From positions 558,001 to 622,000 of the forward strand of contig JBNJNM010000012.1 in assembly GCA_052426225.1 (NCBI GenBank): a stretch of 64,000 bases of DNA, given 5' to 3'. Positions within the stretch are counted from its first letter, which is position 1, and each line of letters starts with the position of its first letter. The notes below the pieces were generated by a model that worked only from the letters and a program-made list of their open reading frames with translations, was not told where the DNA came from and did no database searches. Shown one piece after another: positions 38,697 through 51,304 of the stretch. Position numbers and translations under genes: made by a program. This DNA is from Zancudomyces culisetae HAW-14-8 (taxonomy: Eukaryota > Fungi > Kickxellomycota).

Positions 38697-41600
38697 ATGA
38701 TAGGGGATAAAAGCCAGCAGAATAAGGAAAGAAAGAGGAGCAAAAGTATTCTTTCAGTATTCAGAAAATCGCAGATAAACATGCAAGTGGAAAAAAAAAG
38801 TATAAGTAAAGCAGGGTTTCAAGTAGGAAGAGGTGATGGGAGCATCAATAACAATTATGTGGGTGGTATCCGAGAGATAGAGACCCCGAGTATAAAAGGA
38901 ATCAAAGAAAGCAGGTCAAGTACAATCACTGGAGTCACCTCGAATAGTATAGATGCGGTGAAACAGGCAGATGTGACGGTATCGGCGGTCGGTCCCCCCA
39001 TACACCTTGAGGACAATGCGAACAAAAGCACGACATCGCTAGGCCATAAAGCAAAGTTGCAACGAAACTCGCCCACAACGAGATCTAGTAGCTCATCCAG
39101 AAAAGATGTATCAAATCCAAGCCGGGATTTTGTAAAGGGGGATCCAGCAGATGTATCAAAACTAGTAAGAAGGCCGACAGAGAGCTTTGATGTAAATAGT
39201 GGGGCAGATCGGAAAAGCATAGCTAGCAAATCCGACAAACGAGTGGGTAAAATATTAAACGTCTTTGGACTTGGACTTGGAAAAAAGACTAGCAAATGGG
39301 AGCCGAACAACAGTATACGGTCACAAGGAAAAGATGCAGTAGGATATGGTGGGCGAGAGATACAAACGATGGCTAGGGTTGGTGGCGCTAGGGCCAGTGT
39401 AGTTGAAAATAGAAATGATGGGGGTAAGAACAGCGGTGATATTAGTGGAAAAGGACAATTTGCAGGTCGAGGTGGCAGTGTGGAGGGTAAAAGAGGACCA
39501 GAGATGGCAACTATTGGCACCAGTGTGTCTAGCAAAGAAAGAGAAAGAGAAAGAGAAAGAGAAAACGATACACATGTGAGAACTGGGGGTGCTCAACAGA
39601 GCAATGTTACTACAAAAGATAGTAAAAAAGGGGACGGAGAAATAGCACACATAGTAAACAACAACAGCTGCACTAGTGTGAAGAGTACAGGTAATTCTGT
39701 GAGCAGTGCTAGTGAAAGAAAACCGGCATCGAGAGTGGGTAAGGATACAAAAGCACAACTACCAAATGAGGCGCTATCAGCAGGCGTTAGGCGGTTGATG
39801 GACCATCGACAAAAAGCGAATATCGGTAGTGGTAGCGTTAAGGTGGCTGGAGGTGGTGAAAAAGATATTCGGTACGGCTATGGCAACAGTAGTGGCAGAG
39901 AAAAAAGGATCGTTGAGGGTAAAACACAGGGAACGGTGGTTAAGGACGAAGCCAAAACGAGTGTGGAAGGGAAAGCCAGGACAGTATTTCCTAAAATCGA
40001 GCAAATAGAAGAGATGAAAAATAAAAATAGGACGAATCAAGCGACATTCCAGCAGGCAGGTGTGGCAGTTCAAAAAAAAGTCAATGTGTTGGCACAAAGA
40101 AGTTTAACATCCGAAAGAGGTGGATTAGGAGCTAACCCAATTGAAGAGAGTCAGAAGAGAAGAATAGCTAGTATAGAAAAGAAAGGAGAGCAAAGCGATA
40201 TTGAAAACAATAAAAATGTGAATCAAATGATAGAAAAGTTGGAGAAACGCTATAAGGCCGAGATAGCAAAACTAGAAAAGTTAAATGTACAAAACATGGC
40301 CAATAGTAAAGCTGAGGTTGAAAAACTACTAAGTGAACTCAAAAATAGAGATGAGACTATTGGAAAACTAACCGAAGAGGCAGAGGTAATGTGGGAGCAA
40401 GTTTTGGAGAGCCGGGCAGAAAACGAGGCTCTTATTGCAGAATTGGCAACCAAGGAGAAGGAAATAGAGGATAAACAGGTGGCAACTGAATCTCTGAGTG
40501 CAGCATTGAAGGAGGCAGTGGAGCGACGCGCAGAATTGGAAGAGGATATTGAGAAGCTACGACATCCGCTAGAAATGAAGATGTATGAAAAGACAATTAA
40601 TACGCTGATTGTCGAACGGGATCAGCTAAAAGCCAAGATGAGTAGCCTGTTAGATGAAACTAAACACAAAGATGTAGTACAGAAGGACGATGACTCTGGC
40701 AATGACGAGGAAATGCATAAAAATAGAAAAAGTTATGAGAACCAAGACAACTCTCACCATGAAATATTAGAGGAGATGGTTCACTTTGTTAATCAAACAC
40801 TGTCTGTAGTTGGAAAGGTGCTCGAGTGCAAATTTACAGTTAGAATAAATCCAGAACAAGAGGGAGAAAAGACATGGAGAGGTGTAGTACAAAGCAATAC
40901 CAAAGCTGTTAAGAGTCAAATACTGGTAAACATCACAGAAACGACAAAAGGACCCAATAAAAGGCGGGTAGGAGAGCGATCTGATTTTGGATTGAAACCA
41001 AAGCCAATGCTAGGAAGTGGTGGTAAGGAGCAAGATGGGGAGGATGATGAAAATGAAGGATGCTCAACTGTTAATGACCAGACTGAGCAGTGCTCTCTGT
41101 CTCAACCACAGCCACAGCCACAATCACCATCATCATCACATTCCCCAACCCTTGAACACATTCAAGACTGTAAGAAAAGCGGCAATGACAACAATGTACT
41201 ACTACAACCACACCCACAATCACAAGACATTCTGCTGCAACATTCCTCGCTCGACAGTGATGAAACTTGTTTCTACAATTTGGAACAGTTGCTCGAGTTT
41301 TTGAGCCTTCGTATGGCACGTGCTTTGCAAGAAGTTGAGCAAAAGAATGTCGGTGGCGCTGAATACGGTATGGCCAAAGAAACCGAAAAAAAGGAAAGTG
41401 GTGGTACAACCAGCAATATCCAACAGCTCGGTACTATTGGTGCAATGCTTAACAGCCGCACATCTGCTGGTAACGACAGCGATGAAGGTAATGAAAGCCC
41501 GCCAGAAATGCCCGAGGAACACAAAGCCATGATCCAACAAATCCGGGATTATTCAACACCTGTTAAGCAACTATTCTCGCTGCTGCGGGGTGCTGGTCAC

Positions 41601-41804
41601 GACCCGCTGTATCTGCTGGACGAAAAGCTTGCGCGGTTGGAGTACGAGCGTGCAAAAAGCCAGCGGGAACTATCCCGCATTCCGCACAAACAGAGGCGGT
41701 ATAAGGAGAATGGCCGTGAGCAGGAATTGCAGGAAACCATTTTGGAAATTGGCGGGCTTATTTCGGGAATCAAAACACGCATCCGGGCAAAATCTAACAA
41801 TTGA
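38697..41804 (+). CDS. Hypothetical protein with a disordered Ser/Gly/Lys-rich N-terminal half and long coiled coils
   Basis: ORF over 1000 aa. Likely start is 38697, because the upstream ORF-track part (38442-38692) looks intronic (T-runs, ends in tgtag). Heptads at about aa 590-750 and at the C-terminus. Confidence 0.75.
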   Translation: MIGDKSQQNKERKRSKSILSVFRKSQINMQVEKKSISKAGFQVGRGDGSINNNYVGGIREIETPSIKGIKESRSSTITGVTSNSIDAVKQADVTVSAVGPPIHLEDNANKSTTSLGHKAKLQRNSPTTRSSSSSRKDVSNPSRDFVKGDPADVSKLVRRPTESFDVNSGADRKSIASKSDKRVGKILNVFGLGLGKKTSKWEPNNSIRSQGKDAVGYGGREIQTMARVGGARASVVENRNDGGKNSGDISGKGQFAGRGGSVEGKRGPEMATIGTSVSSKERERERERENDTHVRTGGAQQSNVTTKDSKKGDGEIAHIVNNNSCTSVKSTGNSVSSASERKPASRVGKDTKAQLPNEALSAGVRRLMDHRQKANIGSGSVKVAGGGEKDIRYGYGNSSGREKRIVEGKTQGTVVKDEAKTSVEGKARTVFPKIEQIEEMKNKNRTNQATFQQAGVAVQKKVNVLAQRSLTSERGGLGANPIEESQKRRIASIEKKGEQSDIENNKNVNQMIEKLEKRYKAEIAKLEKLNVQNMANSKAEVEKLLSELKNRDETIGKLTEEAEVMWEQVLESRAENEALIAELATKEKEIEDKQVATESLSAALKEAVERRAELEEDIEKLRHPLEMKMYEKTINTLIVERDQLKAKMSSLLDETKHKDVVQKDDDSGNDEEMHKNRKSYENQDNSHHEILEEMVHFVNQTLSVVGKVLECKFTVRINPEQEGEKTWRGVVQSNTKAVKSQILVNITETTKGPNKRRVGERSDFGLKPKPMLGSGGKEQDGEDDENEGCSTVNDQTEQCSLSQPQPQPQSPSSSHSPTLEHIQDCKKSGNDNNVLLQPHPQSQDILLQHSSLDSDETCFYNLEQLLEFLSLRMARALQEVEQKNVGGAEYGMAKETEKKESGGTTSNIQQLGTIGAMLNSRTSAGNDSDEGNESPPEMPEEHKAMIQQIRDYSTPVKQLFSLLRGAGHDPLYLLDEKLARLEYERAKSQRELSRIPHKQRRYKENGREQELQETILEIGGLISGIKTRIRAKSNN

Positions 41805-41963
41805 ATGTTTATTCACTCCAACACCCATTTATCTGTTTAGTTAACCTTTCTTTTTTTTCTTCTTCTTCTTTCTTTTGTTCTTGTTCTTGTAAATCAAAAT
41901 ACAACTGCTAATAAACAAATGCGTAAAGTTTTTATTACAGGAAATAATGGGGGTTTAAAAAAG

Positions 41964-43369
41964 TTATTGCTTATTATTAATGAACTGCAATAAGGGCCGC
42001 AAAACAGATATCGACCTTGCAGACTTTCTAATAAAATCATGCTGTAGCAGCTCCCTCACCGTAGCCCGACTATCAACGTCGACGGTCAAACACTCGGCCA
42101 GAAACCGCTTAATCTGCGAGCTCAGCAGCTCGGGATTTTTCAGTGCTGGCGTACCATTGGTAGCAATTAAATATAAAGCCTTGAGAGGCTCTTCGTCAAG
42201 GTATGGAGGTTCAGACTCAATCATTTCGATAACCATAATTCCTAATGACCATACATCGACTTTGAATCCGTATGGTTTCTGTTTTACTACTTCAGGCGCC
42301 ATCCAGTAAGGCGTGCCCACCATTGTTGCGCGCTTGTTTCGCTGCTCAGAAAGCCTTGCACAAAATCCAAAATCGGTGATTTTAACTTGACCATCTTCGC
42401 CCAGCAGAATGTTGTCGGACTTGATGTCACGATGGATGATGCTCTGGCTGTGCAAATGATCCAGCCCTTTACAGACCTCTAGCGAAATTGTGGCTATTTG
42501 AACCTCATTTAGCTGGTTATTATCGATCACATCGGTAAGCGCACCGCCATTCATGTATTCCATCACAACCCATAGTTCCGCCCTGGTAACCAAAAATGAC
42601 TCGATATAATTAACAATGTTCTGGTGCTGTGAACTGCGCATTACTTCAATCTCGTTCACCAACAACTCTTTGCGCGGCTGTGTCTTCAAATCCATCTGTT
42701 TGATGGCCACCAGCCGCTTATTCCGCAGTGATTTGGCCAAATACACACTGCCAGACGCACCCTGCCCTATCTTTTTAACCCGCGAGTATAAGATTCGTGG
42801 ATCTTCGCGTGAAACCATCCCCGCAAGTCTCTCCATTGTTTGAATTTCCGTCAACTGTTTCATTTTAGCTGCTCGCTCCTTATCATCTAGCACTACTTTG
42901 GCTGCCTTTGCCTGTCCAGACAAAATGTTCAGAGCCTCTTGCTTGTTTACACCACCACCCGCTAACTTTGTTGCTGCTGCTGCTACTGCTGATGGCGGAG
43001 GGGGAGGTGGCGGTGGTGGTGGGAGTGTTGAGGGTAGCATACCTTTCATATTCGCCATTTGTTGGCCTGGCTGTCCTTTATACATGGGCTGTCCATAATT
43101 AATATTAAAACTCATGTTTGGCTGCACCTGCTGTTGCGCAATATATTGCTGTTTGTTCAATTCAGTTGCACTTCGTGCCACTTGTATTTGTTGCTGTTGT
43201 TGTTGCTGTACCTGTAGCTTTTGTTGTTGTAATTTCATCTGTCGCTCAAACATCTCCCTCTTTTGTTGTTGTTGTTGCTGTTGTAATTGCTGTAGTTGTT
43301 GTTGTTGAACTTGTTGCTGCTGTTGTAGTTGTTGTTGTTTCTGCTGTTGAGCCTGTTGAGCCTGCTGAG

Positions 43370-43403
<34 letters not shown>

Positions 43404-44756
43404 AACTTGTTGTTGCATCTGTGCATTCTGGAATCGCTGTGCTTGTTCAACACGTTGCTGCTCAAACTTCTGCTGATTACTTATCATCTGGTTCTGCTGG
43501 TTCTGGATCTGCGCCTGCAAACGCTTGATCTTTTCGACTTGCTTTTGGTTCTCAAGCGCCACCTTTTTGTTCATTTCTTCTCTTAGTTTTTGTTCACGAA
43601 GTATCTCGTTTTTCTTTTCTCTAATCTGCTCCTGCTGTAATTCATAGCTAGCCGAATCGTTTGTCAGAATTCCGTTTTCCATTTGCTGCCTTTGCAACAT
43701 CTGTAGCTTCTGTAGCTGTTCTAGTTGCTGCTGCACCTTTCTTGCTTCCAAGTCTTTCTTTTCCTCATCTTCGCTTAGTTTTGAGTCCTTATATTTCGCT
43801 CGAATGGCCTCGCTTGTTGACCCTTTGCTCCACGTTGATCCCTTTTCTTTTATTGATCCCTGACGTTCCATTCCTCTACCTTCATCGGTTTTGCTGCTTC
43901 TTTCTGATCCCACCGACCGTTCCTTAGAGTTTTCCCTGCTATAATATCCTTCGCTTGCTTCCCTTTCTTCTGTAAGAGAGCTGTTCTTGGTATAGAAATC
44001 CAGCACGTCCAATACCGCCTGTGGGTTTTGTGCATAATCTTGCTGTGTTATATTCGACGACTGCAACAGCTTGGCCCACTTGTCTGGCAACCCCTAATTT
44101 ATTTCACATTTTCCCCCCAGTTTTTAATTCCTCTCCTTTCTTCCTTTCTTTCTTTTTTAATGCTAATTTCATATTTATATATATACTTTTTTATCCACTT
44201 ACTGTAAACATTCCACTCTGAGGATCAAAATCCACATGAACCTTATGATGAAAATTAGATGGTCTGGAAACATCGCTCAACAATGGGCAGTTCTATTATA
44301 ATTACAAGTTTTAGTACTGAATATCTTTTAATATTCTATCGTTTCAACACTACCGATTCCAAACTACACATTATTATGTATTCCTTTCATCTTGTCCATT
44401 TATATTATTTCAAAAAATATATATTAGTTTCATGCTAATAAACACTTAACTGCATAAATGGCATCCAACCACGAATATAAATCGTCGTCGTTTTTACATT
44501 GTACATAGTAATCCTTTTCTTTGGTCCTGATTTCAATGCAGTATGTTTTGATCTCGGACCGGCTAATCCCTGTCACCTCTTTTAGAAATATTAGGAGTAT
44601 TGCTTGGTTTGAAGAATCGCTTTTATGAAAAGTCAATGTTTGCGCCCTTAGCACAGCCCATCTTTTCGACCAAGTCCACGATTCCTTTAGTATTAGATTG
44701 CCTCTTTTTATTATCGATGTCATAGCTGCGGATCTGTATGTATCTTGTGCTGTCAC
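41964..44756 (-). CDS. CLA4: p21-activated kinase, Cla4 type (PH + CRIB + polyQ + kinase); at least 3 exons, exact start uncertain (ATG 44723 or an upstream exon)
   Basis: PH domain (WTWSKRWAVLR...DLYSWLDAIY), CRIB exon (VSRPSNFHHKVHVDFD), GLPDKW.KLL, and kinase motifs GQGASGSV, HRDIKSDN, DFGFCA, GTPYWMAPE. Confidence 0.95.
43114..43500 (-). repeat. CAA/CAG poly-glutamine tract inside the PAK kinase
   Basis: Long imperfect (TGT/TGC)n run on the plus strand encoding QQQQ...AQQAQQAQQQ. Confidence 0.9.
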
Positions 44757-46949
44757 ATCTATTTACATTTAAACTGCGAATATATCCGTTTCTTTGTAAA
44801 TTTGCCACCTCTTGCTTGAGTTTCAAATAGTAACAATTTATTGATTTTTGTTTTCTCCGCTTAGTTTTTTGTCTCTTTGGTCCTCATCGAAATACACATA
44901 TTCTATTAGCTCTGTATCTATGCAAATGTCTACTCCTTCTGTTGTTTTTTTCTTCTTTCAACAGGGTATAACACTTTAATATATTTTAAATATTATTGTT
45001 TCAGTAGTGGATTGACTGATAGAAAACAAAAAATTTTGGTCGAGTTAAGCACAAGGGCTTGTATATTTATGATATCTTTACAATAATGCCTCTGAGCTTG
45101 TTCTGTTTTATTTCCCAATTTGGCATTCATTAAACTCACTTTTAGTCAAGTTGGACGATTAATTGTTTCTCGTTTTTTACCCTTTTATTTTTTACTCTTT
45201 ATTTTTGTTTTAGTTTTAGTTTAGTTTTAGTTTGCGACTAACAAGCTATTCCCACCCACTGTTCCGTCGTTCTTTAAATTTTCCGCTTCATCCCGCTCTC
45301 CCGCTCTCCTACTCATCCACTCACCCCCACCCATAGCTTTACTTGCAATTTTTCACTCAATTTTTACTTATTTTTTTATTTCCGGCCAACAACATCGGTC
45401 AGATTTTACCGAACATAAATAAACAGATTTATAAATTATCCATTAGCTGAATTCGCTTTTCCAAATGTATTTTATTCCTTTTCATTCGCTACTTATAGTC
45501 ATGGATTTAAGTGGAATTTCAAATGTAAATCCCAAACGCTAAAAATATATAAAAATATTACGAATCTCTTTTCATTTTCATGGTATTGGCTAGTTTCCAC
45601 ATAAGCCCCAGTATTTGCTTGATTCTCATAATCACAATTACCTCTTACTCCATTTTTGGTGATATTCCTCTTTTTTTTTGACTTTGTTGGCGCAATTATC
45701 AACACCAACATGTGTAAATCGACCATTTGTTTCTGAAAAGCATTTAATTTTTTTTTAATTTTCGCGACTAAAAAGTTGATAGATTTCTTGTAATCCTAAA
45801 CATCATTCTAGTACTAAAATCATCAGTACCATGTGTGTTTCGTATATACTAATGTTAATACACTTTAAAAGGTGTTTTTTCTACACAGGATTACCATTTT
45901 TACTGTGAATGGTTGTTTTTTTCTTTGATAATTAACTTCATATGCTTAAACAAGTAAAAAACACTGGAGAGTAACAATATGTGTTGTGATCATTGTTTTT
46001 ATATCTTGTAATACATGACCAAGCCATTAATCATCTAACTTTTACTAATCTTACTTTATCATTTTCTCTCATTAACTATATCTATACGCTAGTAAAATGC
46101 CGATGGTTGATAATTAATTTTTTAAAAAAAGAAATGCGCCTATTTACCAATATCCCCTATCCCAAAGATCAAAATTCAATACCTCCGTTCAACACGCCTG
46201 CCTTTTTTATATTACGCTTTTATTATTTTGTCTTTTTTACCTCATCTGTGACCTTTTTGATTTGGTTAATTAGTCAATTTTTTAGCACCATTATGTTAGT
46301 TGGGACTGATGCTAACTGCAGGATTTAATGTAGATTATCAATGCTGAGACATCAACTTGAAACCACAAATAACCTTAGACATCTGTACTAGTGTGTATTA
46401 GTAAAGATTACTATTCTTTTTATCTATTACTAGTATTGCAGAACTACCACCAGGACAATAAAGTATATGTTTTTTTGTTATAGTTTTGTTAACGTTCTGT
46501 TAATGTTTTTTTTGGTATATTCGTGATATCTAGAATATACCAAGTGTCAGGTATTGTCAATTCCTTTAGCAATACAACAAACCCTCTATTAGACTAAGCT
46601 CTAACTAACCTTACAAACTGTTCAAGTATTGCCATTAAACAACCAATCCTATGTACCTACTAAGGTATCATCGAGTACTTTTATACTCTCTCATATACCT
46701 TTAAAATACAACTATCTACGTTCATTTTTCACCTACAATTGTGGCAGCGTATCACCACCCCCCCCCCTTTTTTAATATCCTGAAAGTATGGCTACGAGTT
46801 AAATTGCAAAAATGTAATCCAAGGATTGGCAGAAAAATTTAAATAAATACATATTTAAGGTTTGAAAGTAAAGGCTGTTTTGCTTTTGCGGTAGTTATGG
46901 ATTTAAGGAATTTAACCTATTTAAAAAAATAGGGCTTGAAATAAATAAA

Positions 46950-48621
46950 ATGTCTTTAAATACCCAAAAAAATACAAAGGTCAGCAAGAATAATGAGGAC
47001 AGCGATGCTGGAGAATTCGACCTATTTTCTTGGTGCCGAGATCCAGCTCAGGACGCCCTCTATGACGATAAAATAAATTCTCAAAATTCGAGCGATGAAT
47101 TACCAAACGCCGAAATGGAGCAATTAGAAAAGACCGCGTATTACGAGGTGTTGACTAGTATGATAAAATATAATGAATATACTGTTGACAGTGTATTAAA
47201 TAGGCGTGCTAGGTACATCTCGGGCCTACCTCAAAAACACAGAAATCTACTCTTGAACATTGGATTAAACGAAAAATTTAAAACTATTCACCGGTGTATT
47301 GAAAGAAATAGCTTGTTTTTCTTAAAAGTTGCTCATGCAAATAGAATGATGTTTGACAAGGATTTATTTTCTAGTAAAGAAGACAAAGCAACTGAGAGCG
47401 GAGAAAGAGATAACAATGCTGAAGTGCCTTCAAAACAGGTAAGCAATCTTGAAATTGGTTAATTATATATATATATCACCTCTTCTTATATTTTGTACAT
47501 TAAAGCAGCTTATAATCAACTATCAAGTCATTTTTCACATACCTTACCTACTAGGAAATATACAATTTTATCAATTTGGTTTCAGAAGAGGTCGAGGAGC
47601 CCTTCGATCCACGATATATGGACAAGCTAAGCTCTGCTTTAAAAATTCTAGTCAGAGATTGGTCTGAAGAAGGCTCAGAGGAGCGGGCGGCTACGTACGG
47701 AATTATTCTTGGTGTTCTAAAAGACATCTTTTGCGATGTCCCAAAGGAGAAACTCAATAGCATTGACATTTTGGTTCCCGGAGCAGGGTTGGGTCGGCTA
47801 GCCTTTGAAATAGCGAACCTTGGATTCAACTGTGAAGGAAACGAAAACGATTATCTAATGCTAATGATTTCGAATTTCATTTTGAACTACACTCAGCAAG
47901 AAAGACAATGTACAATCTACCCTTACATTCATTCGTTCAGCAATATATTGAATTCGGGAGATATGTTTAGACAAATAAATGTTCCTGAGATACTACCTTC
48001 AACGCTTTTGATGAGAAGTACAAGTAACTTCTCCATGGCAGCAGGTGATTTTGTACAGTCTTATAAACACGGCGAGCAAAGTAAACATTTTTCAAATATT
48101 CTATAAAATATCGATCTCTTTGGAGTTAAAAAAGTAAAGAAGTATAAATTTCCTGCAACTAGATAAATGGGATGCGGTGGTAACTTGTTTTTTCCTGGAC
48201 ACTGCAAGAAACCCAATAGAGTACCTAGAAACAATATTGGGAATACTAAAGCCTGGCGGGCTATGGATTAATCTTGGGCCGCTGCTTTGGCATACCGAGG
48301 GTAATACGAAATCCAAAACACTAGAGCTTGCTTTCAACGAGATTATTTTACTAGCTTCTGAGGTTGGATTTATTATAGACCATGATGTAAGCCTAATATA
48401 ACTTTCCCTAACTCATTATGTAATGGACTTGTCAACAAATACTTTCCACAATTCCTCAATGTATACAGATACGATTATTTAAACGTCTAACATCTTTCTC
48501 ATATTAAATCTCCATTTAGAAAATAAATACAGGGATAAATCTTTCGTATGCAAATGATCCGAAAAGCATGCTGAACTACACTTATACCAGCCCCTTGACA
48601 ATTGCATTTAAACAAATATAA
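46950..48621 (+). CDS. CARNMT1: Carnosine N-methyltransferase (CARNMT1/N2227-like SAM-dependent methyltransferase); 4 exons
   Basis: LVRDWSEEG..ER, ILVPGAGLGRLA (SAM motif I), EGNE, IYPYIHSFSN, FSMAAGDF, WDAVVTCFFLDTARN, ILKPGGLWINLGPLLWH, and a final exon SYANDPKSMLNYTY. Confidence 0.93.
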
Positions 48622-51304
48622 ATTTGTTTATTTTTGAACTACAATATATTTTTGTAGTCCTAGAGGCATATGCACCTATTGTATATTAACGCAAGAGATC
48701 GCTACCCGTTAAAAACTTCACTCTGTTTATGCCATAATACAACTTTATTATTAGCTTCAGATTTGTGACATTATTTGTATCAAGTTACCACCCCTTCCCA
48801 CTCCCACACCGAGTTTCTTGATAGAGTTAACAAAATAAACAGCAAAATATTTTTCTGAGTCACGTTTAGTTTCATTTTGCCCTTTTGCCTTTATGCCCTT
48901 TTTCCATTTTTCCATTTGGAAAACCTTGTTATTCTTTTTAAAGTAAATCCGTTTCCCGAACCTTCACAATCTGTTTTAGTGTATAATCAAATGCGAGAAT
49001 GGTAAAATGATTTAATTCTAGACTACATAATTAAGTTATAAAACACAAGAGTATGAGATAATCTCAATAAAAACTGTATATATAGTATGATACTATGTGC
49101 ATAAAAGTAGAAAGATTAGTGTGGTATTGGTATTTTGTCACTAGGGACAAGAACAACTCAATCCAGACTCTGTTTTGAAATTCTCATACTTTTACTACTA
49201 TTCAACTAACGCATTTTTCCACTATAAAACACAAAGCGAGCTCTAAACAATATCACAACATACTGGGTTCAGATATCAGAATACTGTTTAGTATATCTGT
49301 TTCAAGTTAAAGTAATCAAAGTTTATTTTAGATACTGTAGAACATTTAACTAAACAGGCTTTTGAATTTTAAGTGTTGGTAAAGTTAGAGACAATGGATA
49401 TTAGCCGTTCACTTTTAGAATATTATACATAGGTTCGAATAGCAAATAATTGCAAGTCTGCACAGAGAAAAAAGTTTCGACACCCACAAATATACACTTG
49501 AGAGTACGATTAGTCTGGTTGTCTTGTAGAAAAATAGCTCGTATTCTTATTTTTTTTCTCTAGGTTATTTCCCATTATTCTTAAATATTCCTTGCTCATA
49601 ATTGTTTTTCATTTTCTACCAAAACTCACATTTTCTGAAAAATTGTACTTCAAAGTTGATTCCAAGAGCATATCTTCAATATTTACACAAAATAGATTGG
49701 TTCTTGTGTGAATAAATTTAACTTTTTATAAAACAACTTGGTTTTTTCCTTGGTGTTTATTTTTTATACTCAGTGTATCTAGTTCTACAATCAGTTGTTG
49801 AATGCAGAAATGATGATTATGAATCTTAGTGCTTTAATAGATTTAAGGGAACTAGTATCCTCTCCCTATGCGTAGTGCTTTTATTTTCCATGATGAAACT
49901 AAATTAGATTTAGGTGCTGTTCACTACTGTTTATTAGCCAGTAGCTACTTTGGATTCAAAAAGTTTGAAAAATAAAAAGATACGGAATAATAAAAAGCAT
50001 TGAACGAAGGGGAAGTCTTGACAGGTATTATATTATAGCACTTTTGAAGTTTGCAACAATTACCAAGATTTATATTTTTTCTAAAATATATAGCTCTTAT
50101 AAACCTAGACACAATGTAATTGAAATACTTGTGAACTTTACTAGGCTCCAATCATTATGCCAAACTTGGTCTTATATTTAATATCGTGTCTATGGAAAGA
50201 TTAATACAATATAATCACTAAGAAAAGTAAATACTACTAAATGATTTTTGTTACTAAAACCAGCTGACGAAAAAAGGCAAACTCACATTCGTTTATGTTA
50301 TGCATTCTTTTTCTTACCTTTGGCGGTGAATACTAGTAACAATTATTTAGCATTTTAATCTATATTTATTAGTTCCACAACTTTATTCGAAGCAGGTGCA
50401 CTAAAAAAAATTAAACATATATAAGTCCTTCAAGTCATTTTTAAATCGCAACAATTTACTCTTATAATAGCATACATCATTTTAAACAAATTAACTGAGT
50501 AGATACTTTAAATATAAATAAGGTGCTTACAACTCCGCTGATTGTATTAAAATACATATATGTAAATCCAACTAAATATTTCTATCCCTGGACAATAAAG
50601 ATTTCTTGCAATCACCAGAAATAGTTTGCTCAAATTGGCCAACCCATTTCGAAAATTATCCTTTTCAATTGGAACCACAAATAAGGTGTAAATGCTGCTG
50701 ACATTAAAATTAGAATTCTATTATTCTACTTGGAAGTAAAAAAGAAATTAGTAAAAGTCAAACAATAAATCACAGAAACAAATTGATCTACAATATTAAA
50801 GGGAGTCATAGCCTGGTTTGTGGTTAATTCAATCAATTCAGTAAATTGGGATTTATTGTGTAGGCTAATTGTTAAGTTATACAATAAGAGCTTAAAAAGT
50901 AAGGCATTCCGAAAACGATTCATTGCATTACAGTAAACAACAAAAACCATAAAAATCCCACTATTTTGCATATCAAAGTCAAAGAAAAACTCAACATACC
51001 AGAGTCAAACAGTTGTTGTTTAGTGGAATATATAAAACGAGTATATAATAACCCAAACGACCTTTCCAGCTTGATTTAGTTTCAGAAATATATATCATAA
51101 AACTCTTGCGACCACTATAATAATCAACTTAAAAAGTGTCCAGAAACCAATACAAACAGAAAAACCATAAATATCCCTAGACACATCGCATCTTAGATAA
51201 AAATTCAGGTTTACTGCTTGGATCCAATTCCCTGATATACTCGTACTAACACCTTAGACCATTTTCTATCCCAACCAAAAAAAGTCGTTATAAAAGTAAT
51301 AAAT

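Noticed and set aside
38855-43927. Many antisense and alternative-frame ORFs (poly-Cys/Leu/Val) over the coiled-coil gene and CLA4
   Set aside because: Shadows of trinucleotide repeats and codon bias in the real genes.
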